A stretch of 64,000 nt of DNA from an uncultured bacterium. Its GTDB lineage: Bacteria > Fidelibacterota > Marinisomatia > Marinisomatales > UBA1611. The notes below the pieces were generated by a model. It searched no databases. It was not told the origin of the DNA and saw only the letters and a list, made by a program, of their open reading frames with translations. Below are positions 10,268-20,337 of the stretch, piece by piece; position 1 is the first letter of the stretch; the number at the start of each line of letters is the position of its first letter. The position numbers and the translations under genes are program-made. Where the stretch lies: positions 33,466-97,465 of the forward strand of contig CBFIBM010000005.1 of assembly GCA_965660855.1 (NCBI GenBank). The letters run 5' to 3'.

Positions 10268-11214
10268 TATACTTCTTCAAAAAATCCTAGTTTATCGTAT
10301 TTAGAAATACGATTTTGAAGAAAATCACTTTTATCTAGATTAGATAATTGTTCTAACTCTTCTATCAAAACTCTTTTTAAGGAATCACAGGATGCTTTAA
10401 AATCACGATGAGCTCCACCATTTGGTTCCTCTATAATCCTATCACATATTCCAAGCTCTAGGAGATCTTCAGGTGTAGGTTTTAGAGCTTCTGCTGCATC
10501 CTCAGCACGTTTTGCATCTCTAAAAAGGATAGAGGCACAACCTTCTGGGCTGATAACTGAGTACCATGTATTTTCCATCATCAACATTCTATCGCAAATA
10601 CCTATTCCTAACGCACCTCCACTAGCACCTTCACCAATTACAACTGAAATAATTGGTACTTCAATACCTGACATTTCAATTAAATTATTCGCAATTGCCT
10701 CTCCTTGCCCTCTTTCTTCAGCTCCTAAACCAGGATAAGCTCCAATTGTATCTAGAAAGGATATAATAGGCAGATTAAATTTTTCCGCAATTTTCATGAT
10801 TCTTATTGCCTTCCGGTACCCTTCTGGACGCATCATTCCAAAGTTCCTATACAAATTTTCCTTAGTATTACGTCCCTTCTGCTGCCCAATCCAGGCAATT
10901 TTTTGCCCACTAAAATGCCCAATACCAGCTATGACAGCAGGGTCATCCCTGAAATGTCTATCTCCATGTAATTCAATAAAGTCGCTTGAAAATATATCAA
11001 TATAATCTTTTGAATATGGACGATTTGGATGTCTTGCTAGTTGAACTCTTTGCCATCTTGATAATTTAGAATATATATTTTTAATCAAATCGGTTCTTTT
11101 ATTATATAGTTGATTTAAAATATTCTGATCAGGATTTTGAAGACTCTCCATCTCAAGAATTTCTATATCAATCTGTTCAAATGGTTTTTCAAATTCTAAA
11201 TAATATTTTGACAT
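10267..11214 (-). CDS. accA: Acetyl-CoA carboxylase carboxyltransferase alpha subunit
   Basis: WQRVQLARHPNRP, ELHGDR, NFGMMRPEGYRKA, GAEERGQGEAIA, YSVISPEGCASIL. Confidence 0.97.
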   Translation of the reverse strand: MSKYYLEFEKPFEQIDIEILEMESLQNPDQNILNQLYNKRTDLIKNIYSKLSRWQRVQLARHPNRPYSKDYIDIFSSDFIELHGDRHFRDDPAVIAGIGHFSGQKIAWIGQQKGRNTKENLYRNFGMMRPEGYRKAIRIMKIAEKFNLPIISFLDTIGAYPGLGAEERGQGEAIANNLIEMSGIEVPIISVVIGEGASGGALGIGICDRMLMMENTWYSVISPEGCASILFRDAKRAEDAAEALKPTPEDLLELGICDRIIEEPNGGAHRDFKASCDSLKRVLIEELEQLSNLDKSDFLQNRISKYDKLGFFEEV

Positions 11215-11217
11215 AAT

Positions 11218-12267
11218 TTATTTATAGTTCTTATCAAGTTTAATAAAAGCCAAAGCACCTATCACAATGGTAAATATAAAAATAATATTAGCATTTAAGA
11301 TTGATAAATTTAGACATAAATAACCAATCATGCTCATCACAAGTGAAATACCATGAATAATTAAAACAGAATGATTTATTGGAATATTAAAATTAGATAA
11401 ACGATGAAAAGTATGATCTCTAGAGGCCTTATAAATTTTCTTTTTTCTTTTAATTCTTGATAGAACAACTAAAACTAAATCAAAAAGTGGCATATAGAAT
11501 ATTAATATGGGTAAAAACCAAGATGAAGATTGAAAACCTTTAGATGGGTTATATATTATTGCTATAGCAGCTAATATAAACCCCAGGGTCTGAGCACCAG
11601 AATCTCCTAAAAATAATTTTGCAGGATGCGAATTGAAAAAATATATTCCAATACATATCCCAAGTAAAATTGAACAAAATAAAAATAATTCAACTTGTCC
11701 TGTGGTTAAAGAAATTATAAAAAAAAATAAAGTAGATACCCCACTTAATCCAATAGTTAATCCGTCAATACTATCAATGAAATTAAATGCATTTGTTATG
11801 GCTAATAACCAGAATATCGTAAAACTAATATTTAATAGATTTGCTATATCAGGTCCTAATGAAAAAAAGAATTCAGGAGAATTAAATAAATTTACTTGCA
11901 CCCCATTATAAATTAATATAATTGACCCAAGAGCCTGACCAAGTAACTTTTGTAAAGGCTTTAAATGGAAATAGTCGTCCAAAATACCCAATCCAGCTAT
12001 TAAAGAACTAGAGAGTATAATAGCAAAAATATTTGTATTTGACCATAAACCAGTAAATACCATCAAAATTAAAATAGTGTCGAAGAGCACTAATCCACCT
12101 GTTATGGGTGTTGGTTTATTATGTTTTTTATGGTCAGCTGTTTTGGGGTCATCCATAAGCTTAATTTTTGGTGCAATAATTAAACTTATCCAACATAAAA
12201 TTGTAGATATCAAAATACTACAAAAGAGCATAAAAATACCACTATCAAAGTATTCAATATTTTGCAT
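11218..12267 (-). CDS. Undecaprenyl-phosphate alpha-GlcNAc-1-phosphate transferase (WecA/TagO, MraY-like)
   Basis: Multi-TM protein with GILDD, NAFNFIDSIDGL, FNSHPAKLFLGDSG and DHTFHRL motifs. Confidence 0.88.
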   Translation of the reverse strand: MQNIEYFDSGIFMLFCSILISTILCWISLIIAPKIKLMDDPKTADHKKHNKPTPITGGLVLFDTILILMVFTGLWSNTNIFAIILSSSLIAGLGILDDYFHLKPLQKLLGQALGSIILIYNGVQVNLFNSPEFFFSLGPDIANLLNISFTIFWLLAITNAFNFIDSIDGLTIGLSGVSTLFFFIISLTTGQVELFLFCSILLGICIGIYFFNSHPAKLFLGDSGAQTLGFILAAIAIIYNPSKGFQSSSWFLPILIFYMPLFDLVLVVLSRIKRKKKIYKASRDHTFHRLSNFNIPINHSVLIIHGISLVMSMIGYLCLNLSILNANIIFIFTIVIGALAFIKLDKNYK

Positions 12268-13134
12268 CTAAGATTTTATTAAAAACAGTATCTGAGAAAA
12301 AATTAATTTTACTAACATTATTATTTTATAAAAGATATTAAAAAATATAGAATAATTCCTTTGAAAATGTTTTTTATAATACAAATAATAAGATTTGTGC
12401 CATTCGAAAATAGCTTTCATTGGTACAGAATTTGATCCTCCAACTCCTCCTTTATGAATAATTTGGACACCAGGAAAATATAATACTTTCCAACCTTTAT
12501 TTATTGCCCTCAGGCAATAGTCAGAATCCTCTTGATAAGCAAAATATCTTTCATCAAAATATCCAATATCATTTATTACTATTTTCTTAATTACCATGCA
12601 ACTTCCAGAAACTCCATAAACTTCATTTTCTTTATTTTCATCTAAATGATTTAATTGATAGCCCGTAAAAATTTTATTATCTGGAAAAAGTTTAGATAAA
12701 CCAAAAAAGTATGATAAGACAGCTTGAGGTTTTGCAAGCCCTCTCCTGCATGATTTTTGAAAAGTACCATCTTCGTTAATAACTTTAGGGCCAATAATTC
12801 CAATGTTTTTATTATTTTTTAACGCATTAACTAATTTAGCAATCGATTCTTTTTGAAGAATTGTATCTGGATTTAAAACTACTAAATAATCACCTTTAGC
12901 TTGAACAAGTCCTTTATTTATGGCTTTAGTATAGCCTTCATTCTTCTTATTTTGAATAATTTGATAATCTCTAAAAAGAGTTTTTACCATCAATTGAGAA
13001 TTATCTGATGAATTATTATCTACTATTATAACCTCATAGGTTAGATCCTTAATAGATCCAGGGATAGACTTTAAACAATTAAAAAGAACATCTCTAGCAT
13101 TTAGATTGACAATACAAAAAGAAATATTAATCAA
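12268..13134 (-). CDS. Glycosyltransferase family 2 (WbbL/rhamnosyltransferase-like)
   Basis: IIVDNNSSD, LNPDT, VSGSCM, FDERYFAYQEDSDYC; TTG start. Confidence 0.88.
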   Translation of the reverse strand: MINISFCIVNLNARDVLFNCLKSIPGSIKDLTYEVIIVDNNSSDNSQLMVKTLFRDYQIIQNKKNEGYTKAINKGLVQAKGDYLVVLNPDTILQKESIAKLVNALKNNKNIGIIGPKVINEDGTFQKSCRRGLAKPQAVLSYFFGLSKLFPDNKIFTGYQLNHLDENKENEVYGVSGSCMVIKKIVINDIGYFDERYFAYQEDSDYCLRAINKGWKVLYFPGVQIIHKGGVGGSNSVPMKAIFEWHKSYYLYYKKHFQRNYSIFFNIFYKIIMLVKLIFSQILFLIKS

Positions 13135-13137
13135 ACT

Positions 13138-13851
13138 TTAAAACCATTTAAAAAATTTTAAAACTCTTAATCTCCATACAACCCATATTGCTTCAAACAT
13201 TATAGATTTAGACATTTTTGATTCACCGATTGTTCTATCAACAAATATAATTGGACATTCTTTTATTTTTGCATCCAAAATCCAAGCTCTGAAATTCATC
13301 TCTATTTGAAATGAATATCCTTGTGATTTGATAGTATCTAGATCTATTTTTTTTAGCAGATTAATTCTCCAAGCCTTAAAGCCTCCTGTTCCATCTTTTA
13401 TTGGCATACCTGTAATTAACCTAGAATACAAATTTGCGCAATAGCTCAAGAGTAATCTTCTTATAGGCCAATTCACAACACTTACACCTTGAATATATCT
13501 ACTGCCAATAACCAATTCACTCTTTCTTAAACCAGATAAAAGTTCTGGTATCTCCCTTGGATCATGAGAAAGATCTGCATCCATTTGAATGACAGTATTG
13601 TAATTTTTATTAATTGCCCATTTAAAACCAAAAATATAGGCTGTTCCTAAACCTGATTTTGACGGGCGTACTTCAAGATATAAGTTTTTATATTTTTTTT
13701 GAAGTTCTTGGATTTTTTTTGAAGTTCCGTCAGGAGAATTATCATCAATAACTAAGATATCAGACTCTTTTGAATTTAAAAATATTTGTTCTATCAATGA
13801 TTCAATATTCTTTTTTTCATTATAAGTAGGAGTTATAATAAGGTTCTTCAT
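13138..13851 (-). CDS. Polyprenol-monophosphomannose synthase (Dpm1-like GT2)
   Basis: PTYNE, DDNSPDGT, GLGTAY, QMDADLSHDP, IGSRY, GYSFQIEM, PIIFVDRTIGESKMS. Confidence 0.9.
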   Translation of the reverse strand: MKNLIITPTYNEKKNIESLIEQIFLNSKESDILVIDDNSPDGTSKKIQELQKKYKNLYLEVRPSKSGLGTAYIFGFKWAINKNYNTVIQMDADLSHDPREIPELLSGLRKSELVIGSRYIQGVSVVNWPIRRLLLSYCANLYSRLITGMPIKDGTGGFKAWRINLLKKIDLDTIKSQGYSFQIEMNFRAWILDAKIKECPIIFVDRTIGESKMSKSIMFEAIWVVWRLRVLKFFKWF

Positions 13852-14711
13852 TTTATACTCTTTAAGAAAATTTGGTCCAGGCAGTTATCAACTGATGGAG
13901 CTTTTATTTTTAATAAAGTTTCTAAATTTTCTTTTTTAAGTCCTCCTTTCAAAGGTCTTGGTGCAATTTGACCTAATTCTTTTGTAGATATTTTCTTTAT
14001 TAAAGAACTATCTAGATTGAATTTTTTGGCAATTTTCAATGAAAATTCATATCTACTTAAATAACTATCATCACCCCAGTGAAATAAACCATGAATATTA
14101 TTTGTGATACACAAATTTATTACTTTCGCAATAGACATTGTCCAAGTTGGATTATTGTACTGATCATCAACAATATTAATTTGTTTTCCACTTTTTAAAT
14201 TTTCAATTATCCAATTTAAAAAGTTAAACTTATTGTTTGGAAAGGCATCATATAGAACATTCACTCTTAAAACTAAATTCTCTTCCCTTTTTAGTATTAT
14301 CTTTTCTGATTCTAATTTTGTTTTTCCATAAATAGAAATCGGATTTACTTTATCTTCCTCAAAATATGGTCCATTTAAACCATCGAAAACATAATCCGTA
14401 GATAAATGTATTATTTTTCCATCGAATGAATCATAAATATTCTTTACACCATTAGTATTCACCTCTGCTGCTAAATTAGAATTTGACTCACAAAAATCTA
14501 CATTTGTTAATGCGGCTAAATTGATAATTAGATCAGGCTTTATATAATTTACAAGACTTTTGACTTGAACTTTATCTAAAATATTTAAATGTAAACCTTT
14601 TTTATTTTTTGGAATATTAATACCTGTATTAAAAATATCATGATTTATATTAAGAATTTGATATAATGAAACTCCTAATTGGCCATAAGCTCCTGTGATT
14701 AATATACGCAT
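13848..14711 (-). CDS. rfbD: dTDP-4-dehydrorhamnose reductase-like SDR
   Basis: GAYGQLG, AALTNVDFCE, STDYVFDG, YGKTK, DQYNNPT, APRP. Confidence 0.85.
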   Translation of the reverse strand: MRILITGAYGQLGVSLYQILNINHDIFNTGINIPKNKKGLHLNILDKVQVKSLVNYIKPDLIINLAALTNVDFCESNSNLAAEVNTNGVKNIYDSFDGKIIHLSTDYVFDGLNGPYFEEDKVNPISIYGKTKLESEKIILKREENLVLRVNVLYDAFPNNKFNFLNWIIENLKSGKQINIVDDQYNNPTWTMSIAKVINLCITNNIHGLFHWGDDSYLSRYEFSLKIAKKFNLDSSLIKKISTKELGQIAPRPLKGGLKKENLETLLKIKAPSVDNCLDQIFLKSIK

Positions 14712-15736
14712 TATAAGTTTGTAGAAAATGTTTTAATCATTAAATCTAATTTCCTCATATAAATGGATTTGTTATTTCCCGGGTGATGTATCAAATAATT
14801 GATATAATAAGTTTTATTACTAACTTTATCGTAAAATAAATAAGAACAAAAGGGACCACCTTTGGCATCTACTTTATTAATTGTCTCCCAAACTCCTTTT
14901 GCTCGCCATGCAATTGAGCCATTAAAAGGCATCTCATCAAGACTAAACTTATAGTTATTGAATCGAATATTTTTATAAAATTTTTCTGGCCAATCCCATA
15001 TATATTGTCCTACATCTAAAGAATTCAATTCTGAAACTATATCACCATTAGAATAACTAATACCAATCCATTGAAAAGGCATCTCTTTTCCAATCCATAC
15101 AAAGTTTGAATCTTTATTACTTTTAATTTTAATCCATCCCCAAGGAATTTTCATTTTCCAACCAAAATTGGTTTGTAAAGTATCCTCAAGATTTATGTTC
15201 CTATTTTCATGAGCTAAATAATACTTTTGCCTTAAGTTAAAATGCTCATTAAATATTCTTCTAAATGTATTTCTTTTTATTTTTATGTCTTTAAAAAGAG
15301 ATGTTTCTGTATTTGCATTAATAACCATAAATAATTGTTTATTAGAATAAACATCTTTAGATAAGATTACAGGATTATTTTTTAGTGTACTATTATACTG
15401 TTTTTCTGGTAAAATTTTTTTTAATAATTTTCTCCCAGGATTAGCTAAATCCTGATTAACTGCAGCAACTATAATTTTAGATTGAGTTTTTAGATTATCA
15501 TAAGTTTCAGGCGATGAAAATTTAAAATGGTAAAATGGTTCTGGTTCTGGGCAAAAAAGAGTATCATTAAAAATTTGATTTAAGTACTGGTTTACTATTT
15601 TCCTATCTATATCCGAACATATTACTCTTATTTCATTATCAGCGCCCAAAGCATCTCTTTTTATATTACAACTGTAAATAATTATGAAGAATAGGAAGTT
15701 TAGTTTTAGTTTTAGTTTTAGTTTTTTTTTATTCAT
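14711..15736 (-). CDS. Lipoprotein, DUF4837-like; start corrected to ATG 15736
   Basis: MNKKKLKLKLKLNFLFFIIIYSC lipobox; PEPEPFY, GVWE...GGPFCSY and PGNNKSIYMRKLD motifs resemble DUF4837 from memory. Confidence 0.7.
   Translation of the reverse strand: MNKKKLKLKLKLNFLFFIIIYSCNIKRDALGADNEIRVICSDIDRKIVNQYLNQIFNDTLFCPEPEPFYHFKFSSPETYDNLKTQSKIIVAAVNQDLANPGRKLLKKILPEKQYNSTLKNNPVILSKDVYSNKQLFMVINANTETSLFKDIKIKRNTFRRIFNEHFNLRQKYYLAHENRNINLEDTLQTNFGWKMKIPWGWIKIKSNKDSNFVWIGKEMPFQWIGISYSNGDIVSELNSLDVGQYIWDWPEKFYKNIRFNNYKFSLDEMPFNGSIAWRAKGVWETINKVDAKGGPFCSYLFYDKVSNKTYYINYLIHHPGNNKSIYMRKLDLMIKTFSTNL
15699..15722 (+). repeat. (TTTAGT)x4 microsatellite followed by a T run, encoding the KLKLKLKL signal-peptide n-region
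   Basis: Read directly: tttagt tttagt tttagt tttagt at 15699-15722, with T continuing to 15730. Confidence 0.85.
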
Positions 15737-15758
15737 AACTGAGTAAAATATAATGGGA

Positions 15759-17087
15759 TTAAAATATTGACACCAATTTAAAATGGACCTTCCCATCTGT
15801 AGGGTTAAAGTTGCTTAGTGCATATTCAGCTTCAATTAAATATTTATTTGTGATCTGATAAAAACCAAATCCATATCCAACTTTCAATTTCTCTACACTA
15901 TATAGACTATTTGATGAATAATCTGTGAAAAATTTTATCTGAGAGGCATTATTTATATTGTAACCTAATTCTAAACAAAAAATATTATATTGCTCTGAAA
16001 AAAATTGATTCTCATCGTATCCTCTTAGGGACTTTACCCCACCATAACTTTTATACCTACTTTTTGGTGTTTCTCCTTTTAAAGCAATAATTCCTTCAGA
16101 TTTATATTTAAAATTAATTAAAATATTATTTTTAAATATTTTATATAAAAAGTATTCGTTTTTAAAATCAAAATAAGAAGTACTATTCTGAACTCCTACA
16201 TTTATTTCATTTGAAAAAAGCGACCCATTAGTAGCTAAGAACCTTTTATTTCTATTATCTTTAGTGGTCTTTAATAAAAATGCTTGGAATGTATTCTTTT
16301 TATAATCATTCTGTTTTCCTTCATATGTAGGAGTTGTTGATCCAATTACATAACCTAATTCTAAATTATTAATTATTGGAAAAAATGATTTTAAAGAATA
16401 TTCTTTTTTTTCATTTATGTACATACCATTAATAGTTTCAAAATTATATTTCCAATGAATACCTGTATTGTAACCAAATGGATGTGGGAATAAAATATCA
16501 AAATTTAATTTTTGAGATAATGAATCTATTTTTTTCCAATTAATTATAAATATCTCAGCTTGCTTTAAATAATTTTCAAGTTGCAGATTAAATTCTCCAT
16601 TCAAATTCCAACTTTTTGAATTTTTATTTATTCCAAAAATAGCGGAGGCAGAGTTTGTAAATCTAGAAAAGAGATCTATCTCTAATGCAATCTTGTTTTT
16701 ATTAAAAATTAACAAATTAGTATTTGGTGGATTATCTACAAAATAATATTTAGAGACCATTCTTCTTCCAATATCCTCAAAATTTGTATTTAAATGTTTT
16801 TTTTGGTAATTGAGAAGAATCTGATTATTTATTAATTCTGTCATTATATCATCATTTTTTAAAAAGACTGAATCAATCATCTTTTCTTCTGTTTTTTTTT
16901 TATACACAACGGTTTTAGGACTTAAAATAATTGAATCTATTTGATAATAGATATCAAAACCATTCTCAGTATCTAAATAAAAATTTAAAGTATCAGATAT
17001 TAATTCTTTATCAAAAGATGATATCTCTATCTTACTGTCCTGACAAATTAATAGGTTGAAAAATACTAAATAACTAAAAATACGCAC
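15759..17087 (-). CDS. Omp85 (BamA/TamA-like) outer-membrane beta-barrel; probable GTG start at 17087
   Basis: Loop-6 motif YGGVKSLRGYDENQF, GYGFG strand and terminal Phe (KVHFKLVSIF). A signal-like segment VRIFSYLVFFNLLIC starts at GTG 17087, overlapping the upstream stop. Confidence 0.75.
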   Translation of the reverse strand: MRIFSYLVFFNLLICQDSKIEISSFDKELISDTLNFYLDTENGFDIYYQIDSIILSPKTVVYKKKTEEKMIDSVFLKNDDIMTELINNQILLNYQKKHLNTNFEDIGRRMVSKYYFVDNPPNTNLLIFNKNKIALEIDLFSRFTNSASAIFGINKNSKSWNLNGEFNLQLENYLKQAEIFIINWKKIDSLSQKLNFDILFPHPFGYNTGIHWKYNFETINGMYINEKKEYSLKSFFPIINNLELGYVIGSTTPTYEGKQNDYKKNTFQAFLLKTTKDNRNKRFLATNGSLFSNEINVGVQNSTSYFDFKNEYFLYKIFKNNILINFKYKSEGIIALKGETPKSRYKSYGGVKSLRGYDENQFFSEQYNIFCLELGYNINNASQIKFFTDYSSNSLYSVEKLKVGYGFGFYQITNKYLIEAEYALSNFNPTDGKVHFKLVSIF

Positions 17088-20000
17088 GAAGCTCGCCTTT
17101 AAAATTAAAAGAGTTATTATATCTATTATCATCCACGCCATTAATTGAAATAATGGAGGAAAAAGATTTAGTTATAAAATATTGAAATCTTGATTGAATA
17201 AATAAACTTTTTCCTAGGCCATAACCATTCGATGCCTCTGGAGGGATATAATTCAAATTATTATTTTCATTTACATATATCAGTTTAATTTGATTATCAA
17301 AGCTACCTCTTTTTATAAAAAAATATTTGCTTCTAATTGCAACCCCTCTTGAAATAGTTTCAAATTTTATATTTTGAAATTTGCCCTCATCAAAACCACC
17401 AAATATGCTTACATTAAAATCCATATATTTTTTATACCTATATTGCCATTCTAATTCATTCCACAAACTAGAAACTTTTCTTACAGGTTTATTTAAAAAA
17501 TCTGCTTCATAAGATTGCTTTTTAATTGAAAATTCATTTTCAATTAATACCGCTTTTTGAACTTTTTTATTAAATGTAATTCCATAAACTGTTTTATTTC
17601 TTAATTCATTTCCTCTTGGGTCTAAACCAGACATTGTACAATCACTATTAATCCAAAATCTATAATTATTTTTAGAATTAAATATTAATTCAGATCTGAA
17701 CTGAAAGTTTGCGAAAAGGATATCTTCGTTTTGAATACTCACCTTATAAAATTCAAATAATTGATTATAATTTCCTAAAAGATCTTGTCTCGTATTTATA
17801 TGAAAAATAATGTTTGAAAATTTATTAAACCATGGCAGGTTATATCTTACATCCTGTGTTCCTTGAAATTTTGTATTCTTCTTTTTTTCTCCAGTATAAA
17901 TATTATAAGAAATATAATCACCATTCGGATCAAGTATATACATATTAAAATTATTATCATATCTATACTCGCCGAGTCCAACACCTACTGAATCATATAT
18001 AGTGGCAAGTTCCTCACTTTGGGATATTTCTTTTCTACCTTGAATACTTAAACTTAATCCTTTTTCATAATTCCCATATGCAATTTTATAATCAGCAAGT
18101 GAATAGTTTAAATTATCTTGTCCTATTACTTTATTTAATGATGTTTTTATTCTTTTTTTGAATAATAATTTATTATCCCAACCACTATTTGACTTATAGT
18201 TATAATTGATAGTTGATACAATATCTCCAGTTTTTTTTTCGAATTTATCGTTAATATATTCTTCATTAATACGATTTTCAATGCCAGAATTAATACTCCA
18301 TTTAGAGGACGTTTTTTTAACTCCAACTGCAATTTTATTAAATCTTTTAAAAGAGCTCTCTTCTTCATTAAGAAAATTAATATAAGGAGTTATTCTTTGA
18401 TTATTAACTTGAAATTGAGTGTTTAACCTATGAAATTGATTACTAGTTGAGTTTTTTACTTTTATAAAATTGAAAAAAGAGCCTTTTAATAAATTATAAT
18501 TAATTTCAGAATTTAATTTTGTCCTTTTAAGAAATATAGCTTTATGTTTTAAAGTTGCAAATTCTAAAACAGAATTGCCGATAGAAAAATTATTTATTGA
18601 TGATTTGATTGATCTTTCTTTAATACTTTGATTTATCGCACTATCTAAATTCCAAAACCTAGAACGCTGAATTTGATTTTCTCTTGATATTGGTGAATAG
18701 TCATCTCCAAGAATATTTTCAATATATTCTAATTTAAATCTATTATCTAAAACTTTAATTGAATCAATCCTAGCATGAAAATTATAAGCTCGACCAATTT
18801 TATAAGAATTAGCATCCTCTAAATTGTTATTAACTTTTGTCCCTTTTAATTGCCAACCTATATTAAAATATTTATTAATAGAATAATTTGTATTTACATA
18901 TCCAAATTGTTTCTTTTTTGGAAATCTAAAAATATCATAAGGACTATAATAATCATTTCCTTTGATTTGATTGTCTGGATGCAAATAGGTGTAATATATT
19001 TGACCATCCTGTGATATTTCTCTTTTATATTCACCATTTGAATCATAATTAAAAACAACTGTATATCTTTCTAAATCATTATAATTCTTTAATGGATCAA
19101 AAATAAATATTGAATCTAAAAAAATATATTTACCATTTTCATCAAGTTCAAAAGTCTCAATTTTTAATTCATTTAAATTTTCACTAATTAAGCTTTCATT
19201 AAAATTATTAGGAATTATATCTTTATTATAAATATCAGATTCCTCATATAAACCAAATGATATTTCACCAGATCCAAACTTCTTATTTTTCACGCTTCCA
19301 CCAATAAAACTTTTTTCATATTTGAAGTCAGAATATTCAAATTCAACATATATCCTTGAATCATCGTGAATTAAATTTTTTGGTGTAAAAAAAACTCTTC
19401 CCATTGAATAATCTATCGTATAATCATAATTTTCTCCCCTAATTAATTTTTTACCATCAATCCATATTTTCTCTGTACCTGATAAAATAATAATATCTTT
19501 ACTACCATTGAGACTTATCAATTGATATGGCCCCTGATCTCCATCTCTTCCATAAAGTTCTAAAGATCTGAAAATACCTTTGGATCCAGAATAAACGGAA
19601 GAAATAGTTATATCATTCACATCAAAAGAACTCTGTAATCCTACAAGTTTTTTTTGAATATTAATTGATTCTAGAGAATCCTTAAAATAAATATCACCAG
19701 CATTTAAATTAAAATTAGGGTGATTAATATTTAAAAATACCCTATCTAATTCATCTAAGTCTTTGGTTGTCCCCTCAGGTTGTATTGAGATATCCTGATC
19801 AGATATTACACCACTAATCTTAATATCATCTCCTAATGTTCCATTGATTTGCATTTGAATACCTCCGGACAGATTTGAACCTCCATAAGGAGACATATTT
19901 ATATTTCGAAAAAATGAACCTGATGAATAAAAATTATTTGTGTTATAAAAATATACTTTTTTATCTGTTATATTATTTTTATTAAGTTTAGAGGTATCAC

Positions 20001-20337
20001 TTAAAGAAGGTAAACTTTTCCACCTTGGCCCTATTAAGTTAGGAATAATTCCTTTTAAATATTGATATTCTACAGTTACAATTTTTTTATCAATAGTGTC
20101 TGGAATTGTTATAAAAAGCTTAGATTTAGAAAAGTTGAAATTTTTAATTTCCACTTTTTTTTCTTTTATTCTTACATCTATTGTAGATTCAATTATAAAT
20201 GATTTCGATAAATTTAAGACAGATAGCGTATCATTCAATATGAAGGTATCAATTGCTAGAGTACTTGTAGTTTGAGAAAATATTTTATAACAAACTAAAA
20301 TAAATAAATTAATATATAAACATTTTCTAATAAACAT
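17074..20337 (-). CDS. Large hypothetical outer-membrane beta-barrel protein (1087 aa)
   Basis: Signal peptide, alternating beta-strand pattern, terminal beta-signal FKGELRAYF, internal GTEKIWIDGKKLIRGENYDYTIDYSMGRVFF motif. Confidence 0.75.
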   Translation of the reverse strand: MFIRKCLYINLFILVCYKIFSQTTSTLAIDTFILNDTLSVLNLSKSFIIESTIDVRIKEKKVEIKNFNFSKSKLFITIPDTIDKKIVTVEYQYLKGIIPNLIGPRWKSLPSLSDTSKLNKNNITDKKVYFYNTNNFYSSGSFFRNINMSPYGGSNLSGGIQMQINGTLGDDIKISGVISDQDISIQPEGTTKDLDELDRVFLNINHPNFNLNAGDIYFKDSLESINIQKKLVGLQSSFDVNDITISSVYSGSKGIFRSLELYGRDGDQGPYQLISLNGSKDIIILSGTEKIWIDGKKLIRGENYDYTIDYSMGRVFFTPKNLIHDDSRIYVEFEYSDFKYEKSFIGGSVKNKKFGSGEISFGLYEESDIYNKDIIPNNFNESLISENLNELKIETFELDENGKYIFLDSIFIFDPLKNYNDLERYTVVFNYDSNGEYKREISQDGQIYYTYLHPDNQIKGNDYYSPYDIFRFPKKKQFGYVNTNYSINKYFNIGWQLKGTKVNNNLEDANSYKIGRAYNFHARIDSIKVLDNRFKLEYIENILGDDYSPISRENQIQRSRFWNLDSAINQSIKERSIKSSINNFSIGNSVLEFATLKHKAIFLKRTKLNSEINYNLLKGSFFNFIKVKNSTSNQFHRLNTQFQVNNQRITPYINFLNEEESSFKRFNKIAVGVKKTSSKWSINSGIENRINEEYINDKFEKKTGDIVSTINYNYKSNSGWDNKLLFKKRIKTSLNKVIGQDNLNYSLADYKIAYGNYEKGLSLSIQGRKEISQSEELATIYDSVGVGLGEYRYDNNFNMYILDPNGDYISYNIYTGEKKKNTKFQGTQDVRYNLPWFNKFSNIIFHINTRQDLLGNYNQLFEFYKVSIQNEDILFANFQFRSELIFNSKNNYRFWINSDCTMSGLDPRGNELRNKTVYGITFNKKVQKAVLIENEFSIKKQSYEADFLNKPVRKVSSLWNELEWQYRYKKYMDFNVSIFGGFDEGKFQNIKFETISRGVAIRSKYFFIKRGSFDNQIKLIYVNENNNLNYIPPEASNGYGLGKSLFIQSRFQYFITKSFSSIISINGVDDNRYNNSFNFKGELRAYF

